Source: an uncultured delta proteobacterium (lineage in GTDB: Bacteria > Myxococcota > Myxococcia > SLRQ01). Taken from it: 64,000 nt of DNA. This document shows, piece after piece, positions 28,779-38,534 of this stretch. The notes under the pieces were generated by a model. That model did not search any database and had not been told where the DNA came from. It worked only from the letters and a program-made list of their open reading frames with translations. The stretch is taken from assembly GCA_963727485.1 (NCBI GenBank), contig CAVSGM010000011.1:1-64000 (forward strand), given 5' to 3'. A program made the translations under genes and the position numbers. How positions within the stretch are numbered: the first letter of the stretch is position 1; the number at the start of each line of letters is the position of its first letter.

Positions 28779-29249
28779 ATGAGCGACCCCACGGGCCTCC
28801 GGCCCCCGAAGACCACCGAGCACCTCAATCACCTCCGGGCCCTGGTCCGGGGCGAGGGTGAGCCACCGCCGGTGGCGCGCCTCGTGGGCTTCGAGCTCAC
28901 CGAGGTCGAGCTCGGCCGCGCGGTCACCGCGCTCGAGGCCGGGCCCCAGCACGCCAACCCCATGGGCACCCTCCACGGCGGCATCCTCTGCGACATCGCC
29001 GACGCGGCCTGCGGCATCGCCATGGCCACCACCCTCGAGGACGACCAGAGCTTCACCAGCCTCGACCTCTCCATCAAGTTCCTCAAGCCGGTGTGGACCG
29101 GGCGGCTCACCGCCACCGCCTCCCTGGTGAAGCGCACCCGCACCCGGGGCCTCCTCCAGTGCGACATCGTCGACGCCGGTGGCAGCCTGGTGGCCCGGGT
29201 CTATAGCGAGTGCAGGGTCCTCGACGCAGACGCCGCCCGGGGCCGCTGA
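28779..29249 (+). CDS. PaaI family thioesterase
   Basis: HANPMGTLHGGILCDIADAACG; FLKPV. Confidence 0.92.
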   Translation: MSDPTGLRPPKTTEHLNHLRALVRGEGEPPPVARLVGFELTEVELGRAVTALEAGPQHANPMGTLHGGILCDIADAACGIAMATTLEDDQSFTSLDLSIKFLKPVWTGRLTATASLVKRTRTRGLLQCDIVDAGGSLVARVYSECRVLDADAARGR

Positions 29250-29288
29250 CGGCGCCCGGCGCCGACCTCACGCCTCGGAGAACCGAAC

Positions 29289-30203
29289 ATGGCCCACTGG
29301 ACCGTCGACGACATGCCCGACCAGCACGGGCGCACGGTGCTGGTCACCGGCGCCAACAGCGGCCTGGGCCTCGGCGTCTCCAAGGCCTTCGCCCGGAAGG
29401 GCGCCCGGGTGATCCTCGCCTGCCGCAGCCCCGAGCGGGGCGCCGCCGCCGTCGACGCGGTGAAGGCCCAGGCGCCGGACGCCGAAGTGGAGCTGGTCCG
29501 CCTCGACCTCGCCGACCTGGACCAGGTGCGCGCCGCCGCCGACGAGGTGAAGCGCCGCGTCGGCGTCCTCGATGTCCTGGTGAACAACGCCGGGGTGATG
29601 ATGGTCCCGAAGCGCGAGACCACCGCCCAGGGCCACGAGCTCCAGTTCGGGGTGAACCACCTCGGGCACTTCGTGCTCACCGGGGCGCTCCTGCCCCTGC
29701 TCGAGGCGGCGCCCGCGGGCCGGGTGGTCACCGTGAGCAGCATGGTGGCCAGGATGCCCGGAGCGAAGATCCACTTCGACGATCCGGCCCTCGCCCAGCG
29801 GTACCAGCGCAGCCCGGCCTACGGCCAGAGCAAGCTCGCCAACGCCATGTTCGCCGCCGAGCTCCAGGCGCGCCTCGAGGCCGCCGGCAGCAAGGTGATC
29901 TCCGTCGCCGCCCACCCGGGGTGGACCGCCACCGGGCTCCAGCGGCACCTGGGTCTCATGGGGCCGCTGATGAACGCCCTCGGCGCCCAGAAGCTCGAGA
30001 TGGGCATCCTCCCGCTGCTGCGCGCCGCCACCGATCCCGAGGTCCGGGGCGGGGACTACTACGGCCCCAGCCGCCGCTGGGAGATGCGCGGGTACCCGAG
30101 GCGCGTGCGCCTCCCCGCCGCCGCCGAGGACGTCGGGCAGCGCCAGCGCCTCTGGGCGCTGACCGAGTCCCTCACCGGTACGCCCTTCGCCCTGGCCGCC
30201 TAG
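29289..30203 (+). CDS. SDR oxidoreductase (retinol dehydrogenase-like)
   Basis: TGANSGLG; NNAGVM; NHLGHF; YGQSKLAN. Confidence 0.93.
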   Translation: MAHWTVDDMPDQHGRTVLVTGANSGLGLGVSKAFARKGARVILACRSPERGAAAVDAVKAQAPDAEVELVRLDLADLDQVRAAADEVKRRVGVLDVLVNNAGVMMVPKRETTAQGHELQFGVNHLGHFVLTGALLPLLEAAPAGRVVTVSSMVARMPGAKIHFDDPALAQRYQRSPAYGQSKLANAMFAAELQARLEAAGSKVISVAAHPGWTATGLQRHLGLMGPLMNALGAQKLEMGILPLLRAATDPEVRGGDYYGPSRRWEMRGYPRRVRLPAAAEDVGQRQRLWALTESLTGTPFALAA

Positions 30204-30664
30204 CCCCTGGCCCCAAACCCGCGCCCGCCCCCGCCCCCGCGACCCTGACCCCGACCGGCGCCCCGGGACACGCAGCGCCGGAAGGCCTCGAGGTGGCGCG
30301 TCTGCGACGCCTCGCGCAGGTTTCCGAAGACCTCCAGGATGTCGGGTCGATTGGTGCTCGCCATCAGGCGGTCGTAGAGCGCGGCGTTCTCGACCTCCGC
30401 GGCCACGCCGGCCTCGCAGGCGTGGTGAAGGCTGTTGAAGCGCGGAACCCGGCCGGGCCAGGGGTTCTCCGGAACCTCGAGCCCGTAGCGCTCGAAGAGC
30501 CGCGTCAAGGCCCCGATGTGACGCGCCTCGGCCTCGCGGATGTTCGTGAAGGGGCGCACCGGGCCGAAGTCCCGGAGGACCTGGTCGTAGGTGGCCCAGG
30601 CGCGGTGCTCGTCGTCAAGGGCGTCGCGCAGGGACTGCTGCTCGGTCTCGCTGAGCACGGACAT
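30200..30664 (-). CDS. Ferritin-like DUF2202 protein
   Basis: ALDDEHRAWATY; NIREAEARH; EVENAALY; HLEAFRRC. Confidence 0.8.
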   Translation of the reverse strand: MSVLSETEQQSLRDALDDEHRAWATYDQVLRDFGPVRPFTNIREAEARHIGALTRLFERYGLEVPENPWPGRVPRFNSLHHACEAGVAAEVENAALYDRLMASTNRPDILEVFGNLREASQTRHLEAFRRCVSRGAGRGQGRGGGGGRGFGARG

Positions 30665-30770
30665 CTCTCGCCTCCCGGTGGGTCGTTGCACCTGGAACCT
30701 AGGGTCTGCTCGCGCCACTCACCGAAGCGGGGGAGTGGCGTGGGCGGGGCCAAGGCCCAACGTGATGCCC

Positions 30771-31853
30771 ATGCACGCCACCGCCACTCGCGATCCGGTG
30801 GTCCTCGCCACCGCGACCGCGCTCCCGCCCCACCGCTATGACCAGGCGGAGCTGGCCCGGGTGGCGAGGGCCCTGCTCCCGGCCCTCGAGACCCGCCCCG
30901 GCGTCCTCGAGCGCTTCTTCTCCCGGGTGGGCGTCGAGTCCCGGCACCTGGCCCTCCCGCTGGAGGCCTACGCCGACCTCAAGGGTCTCGAGGCCAAGAA
31001 CCGCGCCTGGCTCGAGGTGGCCACCGGCCTCGGCGAGGAGGTGGTCGGCGCGCTCCTCGGCGCGCCCGGCGTCGACCCCGCGGACGTCGGGGAGATCGTG
31101 AGCACCACCGTCACCGGGCTGGCCGTGCCCTCCCTCGAGGCGCGGCTGATGAACCGCCTGCCGCTCCCCCGGGACGCGCGCCGGGTGCCGCTCTTCGGCC
31201 TCGGGTGCGCCGGGGGCGTCGCCGGGCTCGCCCGCGCCGCCGACTTCCTGCGCGCCTTCCCCGACCGCCTGGCGATCCTGCTCTCGGTGGAGCTGTGCTC
31301 CCTGACCGTGCAGCGCGAGGACGTGTCGGTGGCCAACGTCATCTCCACCGGGCTCTTCGGCGACGGCGCCGCGGCGGTGCTCCTCGCCGGGGCCGACCAC
31401 CCCCTGGCCGCACGCGCCGGGCCGGCGATCGTCGACAGCCGCTCGGCGGTGTTCCCGGACACCGAGCGGGTCATGGGCTGGGACTTCGTCGACACCGGCT
31501 TCCAGATCGTCCTCAGCACCGAGGTCCCCGACCTGGCCCGGGAGGCCCTGCCCCGGGAGGTCGACGCCCTCCTGGGGTCCCACGGCCTCGGCCGCGACGA
31601 CGTCGCCACCTGGGTCACCCACCCGGGCGGGCCGGCGGTGCTCCGGGGCCTCCAGGCGGGCCTCGGCCTCGACGACGACGCCCTCGCCGCCAGCTGGGAG
31701 GGGCTCGCCCGGGTGGGCAACCTCTCGTCGGCGTCGGTGCTCTTCCTCCTCGACACCTACCGGCGCGAGCGGCGCCCGGCCCCGGGCTCGGCGGGCCTGA
31801 TGATCGCCATGGGACCCGCCTTCGCCGCCGAGCTGGCCCTGCTGCGGTGGTGA
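30771..31853 (+). CDS. Type III polyketide synthase (SrsA/BpsA-like)
   Basis: LFGLGCAGG (Cys), THPGGP (His), GNLSSAS (Asn), LFGDGAAA. Confidence 0.95.
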   Translation: MHATATRDPVVLATATALPPHRYDQAELARVARALLPALETRPGVLERFFSRVGVESRHLALPLEAYADLKGLEAKNRAWLEVATGLGEEVVGALLGAPGVDPADVGEIVSTTVTGLAVPSLEARLMNRLPLPRDARRVPLFGLGCAGGVAGLARAADFLRAFPDRLAILLSVELCSLTVQREDVSVANVISTGLFGDGAAAVLLAGADHPLAARAGPAIVDSRSAVFPDTERVMGWDFVDTGFQIVLSTEVPDLAREALPREVDALLGSHGLGRDDVATWVTHPGGPAVLRGLQAGLGLDDDALAASWEGLARVGNLSSASVLFLLDTYRRERRPAPGSAGLMIAMGPAFAAELALLRW

Positions 31854-31860
31854 GCCGACC

Positions 31861-32430
31861 GTGGTGACGCGCGACGCGTTCCTGGCCCTGGTGGCCCTGG
31901 TGGCGGTGCAGCGCCTCCTGGAGGTGGTGAAGAGCCGGCGCCACCAGCGGGCGCTCCTCGCCCGGGGCGGCCGGGTCCACGCCCAGGGGCAGATGCGGTG
32001 GATGCAGCTGCTCCACGGGGCCTGGCTCCTGGCGATGGTCGTCGAGGTCCTCTTCCTGCGCCGGCCCTTCGTCTGGCCCCTGGCGGTGGTGGCCCTGGGG
32101 GTCTTCGCCACGGGCCAGGCCCTGCGCCTCCTCGCCCAGCGCGCCCTCGGCGCGCGCTGGACGGTCACCGTGGTGACCCTCCCCGGGGCGCCGCCCGTCA
32201 CCGGCGGGATCTACCGGTACCTGCGCCATCCCAACTACCTCGGGGTGATCCTGGAGATCGCCGCGCTGCCCCTGGTGCACACCGCCTGGATCACCAGCGT
32301 GGTGTTCACCGTCCTCGACGGGTGGATGCTGCGCCGCCGCATCCGCGCCGAGGAGCGGGCCCTGGCCGAGGACTCGGACTACGCCCGGGCCATGGCCGGG
32401 CGCGCGCGCCTCGTCCCCCGGGGGCCGTGA
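31861..32430 (+). CDS. Isoprenylcysteine carboxyl methyltransferase family (SrsB/BpsB-like)
   Basis: TM helices; LGARWTV; GIYRYLRHPNYLGV; RIRAEERAL. Confidence 0.9.
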   Translation: MVTRDAFLALVALVAVQRLLEVVKSRRHQRALLARGGRVHAQGQMRWMQLLHGAWLLAMVVEVLFLRRPFVWPLAVVALGVFATGQALRLLAQRALGARWTVTVVTLPGAPPVTGGIYRYLRHPNYLGVILEIAALPLVHTAWITSVVFTVLDGWMLRRRIRAEERALAEDSDYARAMAGRARLVPRGP

Positions 32431-33599
32431 CCGTGGACGCCGAGGTCCTGGTCGTCGGCGGCGGGCCGGTGGGCCTCTTCCTCACCGCGCGCCTGGTGCA
32501 GCTCGGCGTCGACGCCCTCTGCCTCGAGGCCCGGGCCGATCCGGCGGCCGACGGAGAGTCCCGGTCCATCGGGATCCACCCCCCGTCGCTCGCCTGCCTC
32601 CGGGCCCTGGGGGTCGCCGACCGGTTTCTCGCCGAGGGCGTCCTCGTGCGCCGGGCCCTGGCCTTCTCCAGCCGGGGGCTCCTCGGGACCGTGGACCTCA
32701 CTCGCCAGAGCGGGCCCGACCAGGGGGTGCTCGCCATCCCCCAGGCGCGCACCGAGGCCCTCCTCGCCCAGCACCTCGAAGGCCGCGCGCCGGCGGCCCT
32801 GCGCCGGGGGGTGCGAGTGACCCGGGTGGCGGCGGGCGCGGCCCGGACGGGCCCGGTCACAGTGGACACCGGCGCTGGCGCGCTCACCGCCCGGGTGGTC
32901 GTGGGCTGCGACGGGGGACGGTCCTTGGTGCGGTGCAACATGGGGGTGCCGTTCCCGGGGTGGCGGGCCCCGGAGGCCTACGTCATGGGCGACTTCCCCG
33001 ACGACACCGACCTGGGCCACGACGCCGCCATCTTCCTCGCCGACGCCGGCCTGGTGGAGAGCTTCCCCTTGCCCGGGGGCCTGCGCCGGTGGGTCGCCGA
33101 GTGGCCCGAGCGGGTCGAGGCGCCCGACGCCGCCGCCCTTGTCGCCACCGTCGCCGCCCGCACCGGGCGCCACCCCGACCCGGCGCGCGCCATCATGCTC
33201 AGCGCCTTCGGGGTGGAGCAGCGCCTGGCGCCCCGGTGGGTCGACCGGGGCCGGGTGCTCTGCGGCGACGCCGCCCACGTGGTCAGCCCCTTCGGGGGCC
33301 AGGGGATGAACCTCGGGTGGCTCGACGCCTTCGACCTCGCCTCGGCCCTGCACCGGGGCCTCGGTCACGACGGCGCCCCGGACGCCGGCCTCGAGGCCGA
33401 GCTCGCCGGTTACGGCCGCCGCCGCTGCCGCGCCGCCCGCCGGGCCCTGCGCCGCGGGGCCATGAACCGCCGCATCGGCCACCGGAGCCCGGCCCCGCGC
33501 CTGCGCAACGCCGTGCTCGGCGCCGCCCTCGCCGTCGTGCCCGAGGCGACCCTGGTGCGCCTGTTCACCATGGGCGGCCTCGGCGGGCCCGGCCCCTGA
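32427..33599 (+). CDS. FAD-dependent monooxygenase
   Basis: VLVVGGGPVGL; GCDGGRSLVR; GDAAHVVSPFGGQGMNLG; GTGA overlap with upstream gene. Confidence 0.9.
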   Translation: MTVDAEVLVVGGGPVGLFLTARLVQLGVDALCLEARADPAADGESRSIGIHPPSLACLRALGVADRFLAEGVLVRRALAFSSRGLLGTVDLTRQSGPDQGVLAIPQARTEALLAQHLEGRAPAALRRGVRVTRVAAGAARTGPVTVDTGAGALTARVVVGCDGGRSLVRCNMGVPFPGWRAPEAYVMGDFPDDTDLGHDAAIFLADAGLVESFPLPGGLRRWVAEWPERVEAPDAAALVATVAARTGRHPDPARAIMLSAFGVEQRLAPRWVDRGRVLCGDAAHVVSPFGGQGMNLGWLDAFDLASALHRGLGHDGAPDAGLEAELAGYGRRRCRAARRALRRGAMNRRIGHRSPAPRLRNAVLGAALAVVPEATLVRLFTMGGLGGPGP

Positions 33600-33617
33600 G
33601 CGTGCGGCGGGGGGCGC

Positions 33618-34892
33618 TCAGCCCTGGCGGTCGCAGGCGGCGGCCCTCTCGAGGAGCAGGTCGCGCTCCCGGTGGTTGGCGGTCATCACGGCCGCGGCCT
33701 CGAAGGCCGCCCGGGCCTCGCCCCAGCGCCCGAGCTTCTCCAGGAGGTCTCCGCGCACCGCCGGGAGCAGGTGGTAGCGCGCCAGCGCCGGTGCGTCGGC
33801 GAGGTCCTCGACCAGGGCCAGGGCCGGCTCGGGGCCGTAGGCCATGGCCACCGCCACGGCGCGGTTCAGCGCCACCACCGGCGACCCGGTCACCTCCACC
33901 AGGGCGTCGTAGAGGGCCACGATCCGCGGCCAGTCGGTGGCCTCGGCGGTGGTCGCCCGGGCGTGGCAGGCGGCGATGGCGGCCTGGAGGGCGTAGGGGC
34001 GAAGCGCCTCGGCACGGCCGGCGGCGAGGGCCTCCGCCCGTGCCAGGGCGGCGAGCCCCCGGCCGATGAGCAGGTGATCCCACCGCGCCCGGTCCTGGTC
34101 CAGGAGCAGCACCGGCGCGCCCCCCGGCCCGACCCGGGCCCGCAGCCGCGAGGCCTGGAGCTCCATCAGCGCCGTGAGGCCGTGCACCTCGGCGTCGTCG
34201 GGGACCAGCGTCGTCAGGATCCGTCCCAGGCGCAGGGCGTCCTCGCAGAGGTCGGCGCGGATCCAGTCGTCGCCGGCGGTGGCCGCGTAGCCCTCGTTGA
34301 AGATGAGGTAGACCGTCTCCAGGACCGAGGGCAGGCGCGCGGCGAGGTCGGGCCCCCGGGGCACCTCGAAGGGGACCTGGGCTTCGGCGAGGGTGCGCTT
34401 GGCCCGGACGATGCGCTGGGCCACCGTGGGCACCGGCTTGAGGTACGCCCGGGCGATCTCCTCGGTGGTCAGGCCCCCGAGCAGCCGCAGGGTCAGGGCC
34501 ACCCGGGCCTCGGCGGAGAGCACCGGGTGGCAGGCGATGAGCATCAGGCGCAGGAGGTCGTCGCCCACCGCGTCGTCGAGGGCGGCCTCGGGATCCGGGC
34601 GCGCCACCCCGTCCCCGGCCTCCGCCACCAGGGCGTCGTGCTTGCGCTCGCGCATCCGGTCCCGGCGCAGCCGGTCCAGGGCGCGGTTCCGGGCGGTGGC
34701 CATGAGCCAGGCGCCCGGGTTGTCGGGGATCCCCGAGGCGGGCCAGCGCTCGAGGGCGGTCACCAGGGCCTCCTGGGCCAGGTCCTCGGCGAGGTCGAGG
34801 TCGCGCACCAGGCGCAGGAGGCCCCCGATGAGCCGGGGCGCCTCGATCCGCCACACCGCCTCGATGGCCGCCCGTGCCGCCGCCTCGCCCAT
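33618..34892 (-). CDS. ECF sigma factor, ECF42-type with TPR/DUF6596 extension
   Basis: AEDLAQEA; WPASGIPDNPGAWL; LIACHPVL; YLIFNEGY; LLLDQDRARWD. Confidence 0.92.
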   Translation of the reverse strand: MGEAAARAAIEAVWRIEAPRLIGGLLRLVRDLDLAEDLAQEALVTALERWPASGIPDNPGAWLMATARNRALDRLRRDRMRERKHDALVAEAGDGVARPDPEAALDDAVGDDLLRLMLIACHPVLSAEARVALTLRLLGGLTTEEIARAYLKPVPTVAQRIVRAKRTLAEAQVPFEVPRGPDLAARLPSVLETVYLIFNEGYAATAGDDWIRADLCEDALRLGRILTTLVPDDAEVHGLTALMELQASRLRARVGPGGAPVLLLDQDRARWDHLLIGRGLAALARAEALAAGRAEALRPYALQAAIAACHARATTAEATDWPRIVALYDALVEVTGSPVVALNRAVAVAMAYGPEPALALVEDLADAPALARYHLLPAVRGDLLEKLGRWGEARAAFEAAAVMTANHRERDLLLERAAACDRQG

Positions 34893-34901
34893 CGCCCGGC
34901 G

Positions 34902-35387
34902 TCAGCCCGCCGCCGCCCGCTCCAGGGCGGCGAGGTCGATCTTGACCATCTGCAGCAGGGCGTCGGAGACGCGCCGGGCCGCCGCCGGGTCGGAGTGGTT
35001 CATCAGCTCGCCGAGGCGCGCCGGGACGATCTGCCACCGGACCCCGAAGCGGTCGGTGAGCCAGCCGCAGGCCTGGGTGTGGCCGCCGCCCTCGAGGAGC
35101 GCGTCCCAGTAGCGATCGAGCTCGGCCTGGTCCTCGCAGGTCACCATCAGGGAGATGGCGTCGTTGAAGGGGTCGTGGGGCCCGGCGCTCATGGCCTGGA
35201 AGGGCTGGCCGAGGAGGGTGAACTCGACGACCTTCACCGAGCCCGGGGGGCCGCTCGGCGACTCGCCGGGCAGCGCGGTCACCCGCTCCACCCGGGAGTC
35301 CGGGAAGATCGACGCGTAGAACCGGGCCGCCTCCTCGGCGTCGCGGCTGTACCAGAGGAACGGATGGATGCGCACCTTGGCCGGCAT
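34902..35387 (-). CDS. VOC family protein (PhnB / 3-demethylubiquinone-9 3-MT-like)
   Basis: IHPFLWY; FNDAISL; CGWLTDRFGVRWQIVP. Confidence 0.9.
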   Translation of the reverse strand: MPAKVRIHPFLWYSRDAEEAARFYASIFPDSRVERVTALPGESPSGPPGSVKVVEFTLLGQPFQAMSAGPHDPFNDAISLMVTCEDQAELDRYWDALLEGGGHTQACGWLTDRFGVRWQIVPARLGELMNHSDPAAARRVSDALLQMVKIDLAALERAAAG

Positions 35388-35403
35388 CGTCAATCTCCTC
35401 CCG

Positions 35404-35838
35404 CTAGGGTTCGTGATGGCCCTCGGTCTCGGCGCGGAGCCGCGCCTCCTGCTCGCGCAGCTCGGGGGTCATCGCCTCGCCGAAGTCCTCGACCTCGAAG
35501 ATGGGCCGCAGCTCCAGCTCCGCCTCCTCGCCGGGCATGGGGTCGGGGCAGCGCCGGGCCCAGGCCACCGCCTCGTCCATGGACTTCACCTGCCAGATCC
35601 AGTAGCCCGCGACCAGCTCCTTGGTCTCGGCGAAGGGGCCGTCGATGACCGTCCGCTCGCCGCCCGCGAAGTGGATCCGCTTGCCCCGGCTGCTGGCATG
35701 GAGCCCGTCGCCGGCGAGCATCACCCCGGCCTTCACCAGGGCCTCGTTGAACTGGCCCATGGCCTCGAGGGTCTTCTCACCGGGCATCTTCCCGGCCTCG
35801 GAGCCCGGGGTCGCCTTCACCATCACCATGACGCGCAT
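35404..35838 (-). CDS. YciI/DGPF family protein
   Basis: IDGPFAETKELVAGYWIW. Confidence 0.92.
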   Translation of the reverse strand: MRVMVMVKATPGSEAGKMPGEKTLEAMGQFNEALVKAGVMLAGDGLHASSRGKRIHFAGGERTVIDGPFAETKELVAGYWIWQVKSMDEAVAWARRCPDPMPGEEAELELRPIFEVEDFGEAMTPELREQEARLRAETEGHHEP

Positions 35839-35857
35839 CGTCGGCTCCCTTCGTGGA

Positions 35858-36244
35858 TCACGGGTCGCGGGGCTCGGGCCCCATCCCCGGGTCGAACATC
35901 GGTCGCACCTCGGACTCGCCCTCGAACTCGGGCCAGTGCTCCCGGTGCAGCTCCATGAACCGGCGGGCGAGGGCCACCGCCTCCTCGCGGGTGTCGGCCT
36001 CGAGGATGGCCCAGCCGCCGATGATCTCCTTGGCCTCGGTGAAGGGCCCGTCGGTGACCGCGAGCTCGCCGCCGGAGAGCCGGACTCGGAAGCCCTCCGC
36101 GCTCGGGAGCAGCCCCCCGGTGTCGACGAGGCTGCCGTCCGCGAGGGACTGCTTCACGAACTCGCCCATGGCCTCCAGCAGGGCCTTCGGGGGACCGGAC
36201 TCACGGAACGACTCGGCGTGCTTGATGAACGACAGGTACCGCAT
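35858..36244 (-). CDS. YciI/DGPF family protein
   Basis: TDGPFTEAKEIIGGW; SD AGGAGG. Confidence 0.9.
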   Translation of the reverse strand: MRYLSFIKHAESFRESGPPKALLEAMGEFVKQSLADGSLVDTGGLLPSAEGFRVRLSGGELAVTDGPFTEAKEIIGGWAILEADTREEAVALARRFMELHREHWPEFEGESEVRPMFDPGMGPEPRDP

Positions 36245-36274
36245 GGGGCCTCCTGGCTTGGGGTTCGACCAGGC

Positions 36275-36301
36275 GACGAACGGGCCCGGTCCGGATCGAC
36301 A
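36275..36301 (-). promoter_or_regulatory. ECF42-type promoter
   Basis: TGTCGAT-ccggaccgggcccg-TTCGTC upstream of the DGPF-DGPF-VOC-ECF operon. Confidence 0.7.
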
Positions 36302-36367
36302 CGCGCGGGGATCTTTCCGACCCCCCGGGGTCATACCCCCTGGACGCGGTGACCGGGACCCCCGGGC

Positions 36368-36802
36368 TCAGCTCCGAGGGCGCTGCTCGGGCGCGGTCCG
36401 CCGCCGAGCCTCCCGCTCGCCCCCGCCGAGGCCGAAGACCCCGCCGAGCTCGCCGGGCTCGAGGAGGGGCCGCAGCTCCAGGACCGCCTCCTCGTCGGGG
36501 CTGGCCGCCGGGCACCGCTGGGCCCACATCAGCGCCTCGTCCATGGACCCGACCTGCCAGATCCAGTAGCCGGCCACCAGCTCCCGGGTCTCGGCGAAGG
36601 GGCCGTCGACGATGGTCTGCTTGCCCTCGGCGAAGTGGACCCGCTTCCCCCGGTCGCTGGGGTGCAGGCCGTCGCCTGCGAGGAGCACCCCGGCCTTGGC
36701 CAGCGCCTGGGTGAAGGCGCGCATCTCGTCGAGACGAGCACCCGGCGGCCGCGCCCCCGCCTCGGACTGCCTCGTGGCCTTGAGCATGACCATCACGCGC
36801 AT
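36368..36802 (-). CDS. YciI/DGPF family protein (close paralog of 35404..35838)
   Basis: MRVMVMLKAT; VDGPFAETRELVAGYWIW. Confidence 0.9.
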   Translation of the reverse strand: MRVMVMLKATRQSEAGARPPGARLDEMRAFTQALAKAGVLLAGDGLHPSDRGKRVHFAEGKQTIVDGPFAETRELVAGYWIWQVGSMDEALMWAQRCPAASPDEEAVLELRPLLEPGELGGVFGLGGGEREARRRTAPEQRPRS

Positions 36803-37029
36803 GACTTCCCCCTTCGCCGACACCGGCGTGGCTCGAGTTTCGAACGTACCTGGACTCGTCGAACTCGCCCCCCCGGGCGGCCGGAGCGTGACCTCACCCC
36901 CGCACCCCATGGTTTACGTCCTGGGCGCTCGTGGCGCCAGCCGGCCCCGGGGGGAAGTCACGCCCCGGTTTGCCCACCCGGGCCTCCACCCCTACCTTCG
37001 CGCGCCGTCACCCCAACCGGAGGCACGAG

Positions 37030-37447
37030 ATGAAGCGCAAGGCACACGCGGTCTGGCACGGCGGGCTCAAGGACGGAAAACGGCACCTTCGGCGTCGGCA
37101 GCGGCGTCTTCGCCGACCAGAAGTACGGCTTTCGCTCCCGCTTCGAGGACGAGCCCGGGACCAACCCCGAGGAGCTCATCGCCGCCGCCCACGCCGGCTG
37201 CTTCTCCATGGCCTTCTCGGCGCGGCTCGGCGATCAGGGCATCACCCCCGAGGCCATCGAGACCGAGGCGGTCATCGACTTCGAGGGCGGAGTGCTCAAG
37301 TCGAGCACCCTCCACACCACCGTCCGCGTCCCCGGCGCCGACGAGGCCAAGGTGAAGGAGGCGGCGGCCGCGGCCAAGGAGGGCTGCCCCATCTCCAAGG
37401 TCCTGCGCCTGGAGATCGGCCTCGAGCTCACGGTGGTCACCGACTAG
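37030..37447 (+). CDS. osmC: OsmC family peroxiredoxin (frameshift near 37080)
   Basis: MKRKAHAVWHGGLKDG; SRFEDEPGTNPEELIAAAHAGCFSMA; GCPISKVL. Confidence 0.9.
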
Positions 37448-37591
37448 GCGGCGCCCCCACCGAGGGGCGCCCCCGGGCCGCGCGGGACGCCCGGGCCCGG
37501 GACCCGGCGATTGACGGACCTCGATCGCCTCGGTACCGTCGCCGTTTCCCTTGCCGGGCACGGATGCCCGGCGCCAAGGCGGGGTGCCCCC

Positions 37592-38503
37592 ATGCGTGTC
37601 CATCAGCTCAGCGTCGTCGTCGCCATCTTCCTGCTCACCAGCGGGGTCGCCGGTTGTGGCGGGAGCTCCGGGGGCGGCGGCTCCGGTGGCCAGGACGCGG
37701 GGACGGTCTCCGACGGCGGGAACGGGACCCAGGGCGGTGGGACCACGGACGGCGGCGGCACGGTGACCGACGGCGGCACCACCCCCGACGGCGGGACCCT
37801 GACCGACGGCGGCACCGCCACCGACGGCGGCACCGCCACCGACGGCGGCACCGCCACCGACGGGGGCACCGGCACCTGCACCGGGAACCCGTGCTCCCTG
37901 GTGGCGCCCCAGTGCGGCTGCGCCTCGGGCCAGGCCTGCTACCTCAACGGCACCAGCCGGGTCTGCGCCCCCGCGGGCAACGGCATCGACGGCCAGACCT
38001 GCGCCACGCCGACCGACTGCGGCGCCGGCCTCCTCTGCATCAACCTCGACCAGACCAGCAACCCGATCTCCGAGTGCGCCCGGTTTTGCAACACCGACGC
38101 CGACTGTCAGGGCGCCGGCTCCCTCTGCGCCCACACCCTGAAGGACAACACCGGCGCCACCCTGGCCCAGGTCTGCAGCGTCTCCTGCGATCCCAACGCC
38201 CAGACCGGTTGCCAGACCGGGACCATGTGCGTCATCGCCCAGGAGCAGACCGGCGCCAAGGCGTTCTTCACCGACTGCGTCGATCCGGTGGGCACCGCGA
38301 CCCAGGGCCAGAGCTGCTCCCAGCTCACCGACTGTGCCCCCGGCTACGCCTGCGCCGGCTCCCCGTCCAAGTGCCTGCGCTACTGCACCGCCCCGGGCCA
38401 GGCCGCGGCGGGCGGCTGCAGCAGCACCGAGACCTGCTTCGGCCTCAGCACCCCCATCGTCATCGGCGGCACCACCTACGGGGTCTGCGACACCAGCCCC
38501 TGA
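37592..38503 (+). CDS. Cys-rich lipoprotein with DGG linker repeats
   Basis: Lipobox VAGC; (TDGGTA)n; many C-x-C modules such as QCGCASGQACY and CARFCNTDADC. Confidence 0.8.
   Translation: MRVHQLSVVVAIFLLTSGVAGCGGSSGGGGSGGQDAGTVSDGGNGTQGGGTTDGGGTVTDGGTTPDGGTLTDGGTATDGGTATDGGTATDGGTGTCTGNPCSLVAPQCGCASGQACYLNGTSRVCAPAGNGIDGQTCATPTDCGAGLLCINLDQTSNPISECARFCNTDADCQGAGSLCAHTLKDNTGATLAQVCSVSCDPNAQTGCQTGTMCVIAQEQTGAKAFFTDCVDPVGTATQGQSCSQLTDCAPGYACAGSPSKCLRYCTAPGQAAAGGCSSTETCFGLSTPIVIGGTTYGVCDTSP
37802..37870 (+). repeat. 18-bp coding tandem repeat
   Basis: ACCGACGGCGGCACCGCC x3 plus a partial copy; degenerate copies upstream. Confidence 0.85.
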
Positions 38504-38534
38504 ACCGGCCCGCCCGCGGGCCAGCCTGCCGCCC

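Noticed and set aside
37700..37870. Short repeats as a CRISPR array
   Set aside because: In-frame 18-bp coding repeats without unique spacers; no cas genes.
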